From contig NC_043007.1 in assembly GCF_006345805.1 (NCBI RefSeq), positions 60,760,001 to 60,824,000 of the forward strand: a DNA stretch of 64,000 nt. The letters are read 5' to 3'. Position 1 is the stretch's first letter, and each line of letters begins with the position of its first letter. Of this stretch, positions 41,910 through 51,790 are shown one piece after another. The position numbers and the translations under genes are program-made. The stretch comes from Octopus sinensis. Taxonomy: Eukaryota. Under the pieces are notes generated by a model that ran no database searches, had not been told where the DNA came from, and saw only the letters and a program-made list of their open reading frames with translations.

Positions 41910-42289
41910 CTAAAATATAATTAAAAAATAATAAAAATATTTATCTTAGAATTTATATAGAGTAGCATTGAATTATTTTCATAGTGAACTAAATCTGAAT
42001 AAAGAATAAAGTTTAAACATAAATAACTGAAATGAAGTGTTACTGTGAAAATGGTAATACAGGAATTTAACTAAACCATTATTAAATGCATTGCAGATTT
42101 CACTATTTAGTAATAAAAAATTAGAATGCCTCCAGTTGAACTGAAGTCACTTGAAAAACTAATGTTAAGATATTGAGAAAATATGTGTACATATTAGACC
42201 CTACCATATTACAAAATAGAGGAATATAATGCAGTTCTAGATATACTGTATATGACTAGAGACAAGATAATCATGACTGGAAAACTTTT

Positions 42290-42510
42290 AACACTTAGCT
42301 TCAAATTACTCTGTCAAATGTAATACTTATTTATTCATATTGATAATAATTTAATCATGCATTATCTCATCGTCTCAAAATTCTGATGATGTGATTATAT
42401 ATTTTTATAACTGACATTGTGGGGGTAGGTGTGAGGAACAAGATCTGGCAGGTTTAAGCATAAAACAGATAATATTTGGATCAGATACGGTCAGTTAAAT
42501 GCTAAGGGAT
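42290..42510. mobile_element. piggyBac-type MITE (family P1, degenerate ends)
   Basis: Internal similarity to 33575-33782; ends ttaacacttagc / aatgctaagggattaa. Confidence 0.7.
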
Positions 42511-42606
42511 TAATCAATGGACTGCTTGATTAAGGCAGAGCTGAGGCTAATGACCACAAATACTATATATACTTCTAATATTAAACATATTCAGAAAGAA
42601 TCTTAC

Positions 42607-42770
42607 TTCTAAAATTTCTTGTTCAGAAGTAGGTTTTGAAGGGTCAATCTTTAACTGTTCATGAATATCTGGATCAATACTTGTTGGCTTGATGTTTTCC
42701 AATTCGCTCTTCAATTCAGTTATTAAGTGGTCTGTTATAACACTCACAGTTTCTTCAGTTAGTGGGTTTT
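42607..42770 (-). CDS. Coiled-coil gene, repeat module 2 small exon (164 nt)
   Basis: ttttcag|AA...GAA|gtaaga. Encodes NPLTEETVSVITDHLITELKSELENIKPTSIDPDIHEQLKIDPSKPTSEQEILE. Confidence 0.85.
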
Positions 42771-43324
42771 CTGAAAATCAAAATTATTTATTAACTAACA
42801 TTCATCATATACAAGACACTTCTGTCCATTATCCATCAAGTCCCACTGCAAGAACTTTTACAATTAAACATTGTTTACAATGAAGTTAGAACATTTTAAA
42901 TCACAGTCATATGATGAAGGAAAATCTACTTTTGGAGACCCAGTCATCATCATCATCATCATTTAACATCCACTTTCCATACTGGCATGGGTTGGATGGT
43001 TTGACTGGGGACTGGCAAGCCAGGAAGCTGCACCAGGCTCCAATCTGATCTGGCAATGTTTCTACAGCTGGATGCCCTTCCTAATGCCATCCATTCCGAG
43101 AATGTAGTGGGTGCTTTTTATATGGCACTGGCACACGAGCCAGTTGGGACAGGCATCAACCACGTTCGGATGGTGCTTTTTACAGGGAGCCAGACAGGAG
43201 GCACTGGCAACAACCCATGTATGAATGGTGCTTATTGTGTACCACCAGCAAGGGAGCCAATCAGGTGGCACTGGCATCAGCCACAACTACAATTTCCAGT
43301 ACTAAATTCAATTTTACATAGGGC

Positions 43325-43378
<54 letters not shown>

Positions 43379-43775
43379 TTGTTTTTTCTTATGAAAAATA
43401 TAGAACTGCTTAAGAAGTGCTCGAGTCAAACCTGAGACAAAAAATAAGAATTAAGATACAAACTCAAATTAGGTAATCATACTCATACCATTATAAATTC
43501 AACTTAAAATGCATATACACATATTAATACATATCGACACATATGAAAATTTAAAAATATTTATAAAACATAAATATACATAAAAATACATGTAAACAAA
43601 ACTTGTGTGGGATACATATGGAAGGAAGTGTGAGAAAAGAAGAACTGATAAAAATTTTTTTGTACTAAAATTAAGAGTAGTTAAGAGTTTCAATTCAAAG
43701 ATCCATAGTGTTCAATGTGTTTTTTAAAAATATATAAATGGTATACAAGGTATATAATACAGTTTGAGAAAGTCC

Positions 43776-43871
43776 ACTTTCTACAGCCGTTTCCAGAGTT
43801 CATGTCCTTGTAGAAAAATTAATTAAAAATCTTACAAATCATGCGGACAATGTCCCCCTCATCAGAAAAGG
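43776..43871 (-). ncRNA. Type I hammerhead ribozyme motif with extended stem II
   Basis: CTTTT CTGATGA GGGG..TGTCC..TTGTA..(loop)..TACAA GGACA..CTCT G GAAAC GGCT GTA GAAAG. Core intact; helix III self-complementary. Confidence 0.65.
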
Positions 43872-43892
43872 TATTCTTATAAAATCACATTC

Positions 43893-45395
43893 TTATTTTT
43901 TTATTACCCTCTAGGGGTCAACAAAGATGGGACAATACAATCTGATGGGATCAGATGGTATACAAAGAGATGAAAGTGTTTAAAAATTAATGACATATAA
44001 AATCGGATGTATGTACAAACACAAGACATAAAACAATGAAATGGGGGGACAGGTTCTGCTTTGACTCCACAAGACCCATGCCACCACTGATACCTTAGGT
44101 AAATCCTTTATGGGATATTCATGTGGGTTCATTCATTCGTAACATCCATACCACACTCTTCCATGCTTTCCAAAATGCAACAGCTGACAGGCATCTCCTC
44201 TCCAGCCCCATTTTCCTTTTCAGATGAAAAATGAAAAAAATCACCAATGCAGGGCCAGAGATGAAGGTGCCAGTTGCAAATCCTTTCATTCTGGTCTTCC
44301 ATATAACCTCTTTCACAGCTGCCCCTACTATAAGAAAACAAATCTTACCTTCTTTATTCAAGGAGGCAGGTGGGTCAATTTTTACAACTAACTCAGCAGA
44401 CAGCTGTACTTTTCCAACACTTGACAACAGTTGTTCAACATAAGTCAACAGATCCAACACACCCAAACATTGCACAATTGCATGCAGGACGGTTTCCCTA
44501 TCCTGGGCAAGTCGGTGAGATGGAGTAGCCATGCCTTGCGAGCTTATCCTGGACAGGTAAGGTGCCTTGATAACACTGCCAGGCCAGGGATTTCTGGAAA
44601 TTATCCAGGGACCCCGGCCTGAATGTTCTTCGGAACAGGCTGGTGAGATGATCATTGTTGAAGCCTAGGGTCTCCTCTAAGGTATCTTCACACTTCGACT
44701 CTACTAACCTTCTACAGAATGACACAGTTGAACTGCCACTGCTGGCATTGCCCAAGTGATAGAAAAGTACAAGAACCTTTCAGCACTCCATGTACCAAGT
44801 GTCCAACTTAGATCTACAATAGACCAAGGATTCCAGTCCACAAAAATGTGTGAACTTGGGAAATGTTGATTTAGCAAGCAGAGACCACATCCGTTCACCA
44901 GCCAGGTAGAGCCACAGATGCTTCAGCCTCGGTGCATCATTAGCCATGGCATCAGCCCACCCTTTAACGGTTGTTGGCAGCAGATAGAACACCTCACAAG
45001 TGGTCTTTTGCTCTTCCAGAAAAAGTGAAAGAGCAGTCATTCTAACTTGGTCAGCCACAGATTGGGGCAGGGCACAACAGTTAGGTGGTAAATAATCACT
45101 GATGCCATAAACACATTGGCAACCTCTGCCCTCCCTTTCAAGGATAACTACTGCCCAGACCAGGTCTGGGTTAGGTTGGTCACTCAGCTTGGTACCTTGC
45201 ACCAATTCTTCTCTATGTGGAGATTTGGTCCAAACTAGACCGCTAGCAGTTTAATTGGACTCTCTGTCCAACGTCACATGACGCTTTAAGAGGTATCAAC
45301 TTGCCCCTCCAGGTGCCGAGTTGCAAGCCGATTGACTTTTCACGATTAACCTTGGCTCCTGCCACCATCTCGTATTCCTTAATGGCATTGCCTAC
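43893..45395 (-). mobile_element. Older degenerate L1/Tx1 3' fragment
   Basis: ORF pieces LDNFQKSLAWQCYQGTLPVQDKL, ETVLHAIVQC and LSAELVVKIDPPASLNKEG are homologous to the ORF2 C-terminus at 51791-52660. Confidence 0.8.
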
Positions 45396-45456
45396 CCTCT
45401 GTATTATTTACATTATTTATATTTAACGTATATTTGTCCTCATCTTGTTTGTTGTT

Positions 45457-45502
45457 AACACAATGTTTTGGTTGATATATCCTCCAGCCTTCATCAGGTG
45501 TC
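45457..45502 (-). ncRNA. Minimal type I hammerhead ribozyme motif (Penelope-type), decayed
   Basis: GACAC CTGATGA AGGCTG gaggatatat CAACC AAAA CATT GTGTT. Stems I and II recognisable; GAAA and GUH carry G->A changes. Confidence 0.65.
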
Positions 45503-45552
45503 TAGGGGGAAATTTTGAAGCTGGGTTCTCATTTCTAAGGTATTTTTTAATG

Positions 45553-45585
<33 letters not shown>

Positions 45586-45586
<1 letters not shown>

Positions 45587-45659
45587 GGTCACTGCCAAGA
45601 ATCGAACTCAGAATCTTGGGGTTAGTAGTCTGCGCTCTTAACCACTACGCCATATGCCC
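45586..45659 (-). pseudogene. tRNA-like head (A/B boxes) of a composite repeat
   Basis: GGGCATATGGCGTAGTGGTTAAGAGCGCAGACTACTAACCCCAAGATTCTGAGTTCGATTCTTGGCAGTGACCT. A-box TGGCGTAGTGG and B-box GTTCGATTC present; anticodon and acceptor stems mispaired. Confidence 0.75.
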
Positions 45660-46095
45660 GTGGTTAAGTGTTTAGTATAATGTCCATTGATGTGATATAG
45701 TGATGTGATATAGTGAAGGTTGTAAGAGGAAAAGAAGGGAACACATCGAATATGATTAAGTAGCAAATAATGTAGAGTTGCTTTCATTTTTTATACATAT
45801 ATTCTTCTTCTTCTCCTCCTCCTCCTCCACGCTCTTAACCACTATGCCATATGCCCATGGGCATATGTTGTGTTAACAACAAACAAGATGAGGACAAATA
45901 TCCGTCAAATATAAATAATGTAAATAATGTACATAATTCTTCATCTCTTAAATATAGAACAATATATATTTATATTTTATAAATATTTTTAAAAACATTC
46001 ATATGTGTCGATATGTATTAATATACGTATGCACATTTTAAGTCAAATTTATAACTATATGAGTATGATTGCCTAATTTGAGTTTATATCTTAAT

Positions 46096-46127
<32 letters not shown>

Positions 46128-46890
46128 CATACATAGTTAGACTTGATACATATATTTACATGGAGTCAAAATACAGATTACATAATAAAGAAAAAAAGAA
46201 ACAAAATAGAAAAGAAGAATTATGTCAAGTCTTATCTTGACAGCTATTACAAACAGAAGTGAGGAGGAGGAGGAGGTAAGAAGAAGAAGAAGAAGAATAT
46301 ATGTATAAAAAATGAAAGCAACTCTACATTATTTGCTACTTAATCATATTCAATGTATTCCCTTCTTTTCCTCTTACAACCTTCGCTATATCACATCAAT
46401 GGACATTATACTAAACACTTAACCCAATCCGTCTTCTAGACCCATACCCTACTCAACTTGTTTCCTATCAATGTTTTACTTCAAAATACTAATGTCTAAG
46501 ATGACAAGATAACAAACTAGACATCAACCACATTACTTATATATTGCTGTCATTTCATAAGGAATGAAAACAAGCCCCGGACATACACCTGTTATATTCA
46601 GACTAATTAATAAAATACTTACATTTGTTAGCCCACCCAGAAAATCCTTACATGAAAATATCAACATAAATCAATAACCAGTATTGTTCTAACCTCCCTT
46701 AAAGTGTAGACTGGTACAATGTTATAAAAATCTGACTTTACTGAAGTTGGAGTAGCTTTACCATTCAGTTTTTCTATATTGGCCCTGTTAATTTCTCTTC
46801 TGTTAAACTCTTTTAGAAAAGTTTACTTCATATGCTATATTTCAGAGCAGAAAGATTCTTTCAAAGACATTATCACATTATTATGATTAC

Positions 46891-48208
46891 CTTTCAACCT
46901 GTTTATCTGTTCCTTCAGTGATTTACACTTAGTAATCTTATCTTCATAGGCATTTTGTATTTTAGCCATTTCTTGCTTGGAAGCCTTCATTTCTTCATCT
47001 TTTTCACTCAGATGCTGGCTCAGCTCTCTCTTCATTTCATTGTATTCCTGTTTAGTTTTAACTTTCAAATCTGATATTTCTTCATGGAGATACTTGATTT
47101 GTCTGTTTTGGCTTTCCACTTTATTACAAAGATTTGAGACTGGTTTTTGATAGGTTTTAATTGATGTTTCATACTGCCCATAGACTTTATCAGAAGCAGC
47201 AGGAACAGAATCATATTCAGCCTGTTTTGCCAATTCTTCCTTTTGACTGAGCTTATCCTGGGTATCTTTAAAATTTTTGTATTTTCCTTCCATTGTCGAA
47301 ATTTCTGAAAAATGTTCCTGAGAGATTTCTGAGACCTTCTGTTGCATCTCTCCAACAAGAGAAGTAAGTTTGTCAAGTTTAGTATCTTTTTTATTAATGT
47401 TGCCTGATTTTTCTTCTAACTCCTTTTTCAGTAAATTAGTCTCAGTTTCTTTCTCAGAAACGTTCTCTTTCAAGCTGGTAATAATTTGTGTCAGTTCATT
47501 ATTTGAATTCAGATATTCCTCAACAAGTGAAGATTTCTCTGATAAGGATTTTGTTAGTTCACAAATTCTATTGTCCTTTTCAGAAAGTTGTACACCGATT
47601 TGTTCCACTTCTTTAAGTGTCTCCAAATACCTTTCCTCCAATGATAAATTATGTACTTCGGTTAGTTCTTGAAAACCACCCTTTAATTTACATTTTTGTT
47701 CAATGGTATTTTGATTTACAGTTTCTAGTTTAGGTTTTAAAACAGTTACAAGCTCTTTGGAATCTGCAGTTTCTAGCTCTAATTTTTCAAAGACATCCTG
47801 TTTTTCTCCTGTAAGTTCCTTAAACTGTTTTGCCAGTTCCTTTTTAATGGCTGCATTTTCTTCCAGTAACAATTTTACTTTTTCAAATTCTGTATCTTCT
47901 GTTGAAATATTAGTCTTAGTAGCATGAATAATTTTCTGAGCAAAGTTTTGTATAGAAGATTTTACTGGAGTAACCTTCGTTTGGTGGTGTTGTTCTGATT
48001 TGCATATTTCCTCAATCTGCTGCCAATTAGAATCCCTTACACAAATAGATTCAAGATCTTCTTTCAGTATCTCAATAGTGAGCTGTTTATCCAAAAGTTG
48101 GTGCTGTACATTATCATGTTCACTATTCTCTTTTTCCACCTCATTTTGAAATAAGTCCTTGTTCAATTTCAGACTAATAAATTCTTCTTGCAAATTCAAC
48201 CACTGTGA
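46891..48208 (-). CDS. Coiled-coil gene, repeat module 1 large exon
   Basis: ttttattgcag|TCA; E/K/Q/L-rich heptad ORF 46835..48376. Probable donor AAAG|gtaatc at 46891 (phase 1), upstream of in-frame stops. Confidence 0.8.
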
Positions 48209-49306
48209 CTGCAATAAAAAAAAAAAACACTTTAAATATGATATATATATATAATTTAAATAATAGAATAAAATTAAATATATATTTATAAATGAATAAA
48301 GAATCGCTGTCATCATCATTGTTGTTGTCATTGTCATCATGTTGTCTTCGTCATTATCATCATCATCATTGAACATCCATCTTCCAAATTACATGGATTG
48401 AATGGATCAAAAGGATCTGACTGAGCAAAATTAAGGGCTTAAAGTGACTCCTATAATTGAGGGAGAATAGAAAAGACAGTGCAATTATTCTAGGTGGGGT
48501 GAGGAGAATCGGTAAAGTAAGATGAGAAAAACAGATTTATAGTTGTGACAGGGTAGCAAAAACTGTTGAGTGAAGAAGGGAGGAAATAGAGGAAAAGAAA
48601 GGGTGACGAAGTGGAAAAGTGATTGAGTGGATTGTTTGATGGTTCCAGGGGTATCCCACATTATAAGGTCAAATATGGATAGAAGAAGTGAGGAGAAAGG
48701 AATAGAAAGAGAGAAACAGACAAGTGTGGTGAGGATCCTGGAAAGGTCACTGAAGGAAAGAGAAGTGTGGGGGTCATTGGGGTAGGTCAGAGGGGGAAAG
48801 AGAATGCTTCAAGGGGTGTTGAAGAGGTAAAAAATCTGAGAGGACAATGAGAGAAAAATGAGGCAGAGGATGGTGGAGTAGTGGGTGAGTACAGTGAAAG
48901 CAATGAGGGAAGGAGAGCAAGAGGGTACCATGGATGTAGAGAAGAGGAAGAGCAAAGTGTGAAAGCAGAGACAGCATCCCAGATGGGAACTGTGGGGAGA
49001 GGATGGTGAAAGAGGAAGGGAGAGCAGTGGATAAATACAGCAAGAACAGAGTGAGAAAGAAGAGTTAGAGGGTATCCAAGATGTGTAGTAAGATGAAGGC
49101 AAGAGCAAGTGTTGGGCAACAATAAATGCAACCAGGGAGAGAGTGTGCTGGTTGGTAGTACTGCAGTATGAGTATAGCAGATGAAATGATGGAGGGTGGC
49201 TATCAATGATGGAAAAACAGGAATCATAAAAAGGGTTGAGTGTTAGGATAAAAAGTGAGAAAGAGAATGCAAGGGGGTAGGGGTGGTAAGGTGGAAAATA
49301 TGTGTG

Positions 49307-49370
<64 letters not shown>

Positions 49371-49733
49371 TAAAAGGGCAAGCCTGTATGTGTGGAAGAC
49401 AGCTATTTTACTTAGCTTGATGTGTCTTATCAAGTACAGCAAATCACTACATCTCCCAGTCCCTTGTCATTTCCTCAGTGAGGCCTAGAGTCTGAAGATT
49501 CTTTCTCACCACTTCGTCTCACATCTTCTTGGGTCTACCTTTTTCATAGGTACCCTCCACAATTAGAGCTTGGCACTTCTTTACATAACTGTCCTCATCC
49601 ATATGCATCACATGACCAAACCAGTGCAGTCTTCTCTCTTGCACAAAACACATGATGCCTATTATACCCAGTTTTCCTCTTAAATCATTTACACACTGTC
49701 ACGCATGCACACTGACATTACCTATCCAGCATA

Positions 49734-49781
<48 letters not shown>

Positions 49782-49808
49782 TTTACTAAAAAGTAGCAAA
49801 AATATCAC

Positions 49809-49855
49809 AAAAACTATTACTCAGAGTTTCATATTCCTGTTCGTCAGACAGTTTT
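49809..49855 (-). ncRNA. Minimal type I hammerhead ribozyme motif
   Basis: AAAACTGT CTGACGA acaggaatat GAAACTCTGAGTA ATAGTTTT. 8-bp stem I and intact core; stem II weak. Confidence 0.6.
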
Positions 49856-50402
49856 GTTTAGAGCGGAACAAAAATATTGTTTGCAATGTTCTCCCATCAC
49901 ACACACACACATACACTCCAGGTTTGACTGCGGAAAACCGCCCAGAGGGCGGTCTTTCTGCTAGTATAAATACACACATACACACACACAGATATATAGC
50001 ATGACTGTGTGGTTAAGAAGTCCATTTTCAAGCCATGTGGTTTCACATTCAGCCCTATTGCATAGCATCTTAAGCAAATGTCTTCTGTTGTGTTTCCTTG
50101 TCTTGATGATACCAATTATAAACAAGCATCACTTTCATACAAACAGTCTCTCATTTCCAGTCTTTAGTGAAAATATGTCTATATTGTCTTGCTTGGAAAC
50201 AGGTGAGGGTGGCAACAGGAAGGGAATTTGCTTATAGTAATTCTGCCTTAATAAATTTTATCTGACCCATCAAAAAACGAACATTAAAATTACAACAAAA
50301 ATTATCTCATTTCTTAACAGTGCATTTTATCTTGGGTGGACAGCGTAAACTTAAATAATTGAAGCAATACTATTATCAAAATGACCAATATTAGAGCATT
50401 CA

Positions 50403-50617
50403 AAGGTGGCAAGCTGGCAGAAATGTTAGCGTGCCAGGAGAAATGCTTAGCAGTATTTCATCTGTCTTTGTGTTTTGAGCTCAAATTCCGCCAAGGACAA
50501 CTTTGCCTTTCATCCTTTCAGGGTTAAATTAAGTACCTGTTGCGTACTGGAGTCGATTTAATCAACTGGCCCCCTCCCTCAAAATTTCGGGCCTTGTGTC
50601 TAGAGTAGAAAAGAATA
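50403..50617 (+). mobile_element. SINE family A (aaggcggcgagctggcagaa... head, (ATT)n tail)
   Basis: Shared core 'gagttcaaattc..ccaagg.caactttgcctttcatcctt...aagtacc'. Other approximate copies: 5700-5880(-), 14369-14572(-), 16878-17092(-), 17163-17510(+), 21228-21436(-), 26483-26698(-), 38930-39135(+), 51284-51489(-), 62116-62330(-). Confidence 0.85.
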
Positions 50618-50850
50618 TTAGCGCATTCAGTTATAATATCAAGTCCATAACATCTTTCATTAGAAACTATGAAAAGATATGATTATATCTTTTCAAGAGA
50701 AGCACAAGAAGCTATATTAAGATGGTCATAGCTGGAAAGTCTTAGGACATAAGTCTGTCTGATAAGGGGTGAATGATGGTGATAGTAGTAACAATGAAAA
50801 CAGCTACTGTACCCACTCTCAACAACAAAAAGATTCAGAAAGAATTTTAC

Positions 50851-51014
50851 TTTGAAAACGTCTCGTTCAGATGTTACTTTTGAAAGATCCATCTTTAATT
50901 GTTTATAAATGTCTGGAGCAATCCATGTTGCCTTGATATTTTCCAGTTCAGCCTTTAATTCAGTCAGTATAAGGTCTGTTATAACATTCATACTTTCTCC
51001 AGTTGGTTGTTTTT
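50851..51014 (-). CDS. Coiled-coil gene, repeat module 1 small exon (164 nt)
   Basis: cacttttcag|AA...AAA|gtaaaa, phase 1->0. Encodes KQPTGESMNVITDLILTELKAELENIKATWIAPDIYKQLKMDLSKVTSERDVFK. Paralogous to exons at 42607 and 33848. Confidence 0.85.
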
Positions 51015-51790
51015 CTGAAAAGTGAAAATGAAAGAAAAAATTTGGGTGTTAACTAACATTCATCATATACATTCCTCTACAAATCTCTTCCTGTTTTCTC
51101 CTTCCCAAACACTTTCATTTCGTGAATCACACTGCATTTTTTAAAAATGCATTGTACTACAATTTCTGATCTCTACTTGCCCAGAAGCTTCTATTTCTTT
51201 ACTAAAGTCTTATCACCACCAGTACTACTTCTACGTAATACTTTTAAATAATTGCAAATAATAATAATTATAATAATAATAATACTTTCTATTACAGGCA
51301 CAAAGCCTGAAATTTGTAGAGAGGGGGTAAGTCGATTACATCAACCCCAGCACTTCACTAGTACTTAATATATATTGACCCCAAAAGGTTGAAAGGCAAA
51401 GTTGACCTCAGTGAAATTTGAACTCAGAACATAAAGACGGACGAAATGCTGCTAAGCAGTGCTAATGATTCTGCTAATTTGCTGCCTTAATAATAATAAT
51501 AATAATAATCAATTCTTTTCTTTTTTATTGGCCACAAGGGCTAACACGCATGATTACATAAAGGGACAAGACAGGACGAAATGTTACAAAGGGTTTTGTC
51601 GTTTTTGAAAAACATCGAGTAAAAATCTTTATAACAACTTATAAAATTCAACAATGAAAAACTCCCAAAAGGGGGAGACGTTTCGAAAGGTTCCTGGTGG
51701 AAAAACCCTACAAAAGCCAACGGGAGCCTGGTCAAAAAAGGGGTGTAGAGAGTCCCCTTTTTTTTCTCCTTTTGTATTACCTTTTTGAAA

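Noticed and set aside
45586-45659. Functional tRNA gene
   Set aside because: Anticodon and acceptor stems do not pair, and it is embedded in a repeat with a (TAA)n linker.
32039-47672. Three similar + strand ORFs (MVPDFSSNSFFSKLVSV...) at 32039, 40891 and 47370
   Set aside because: Antisense shadows of the duplicated coiled-coil exons.
48420-49300. Purine-rich stretch giving Leu/Ser/Pro/His-rich minus-strand ORFs
   Set aside because: Low-complexity composition; probably an old LINE remnant, but no diagnostic motif could be read.
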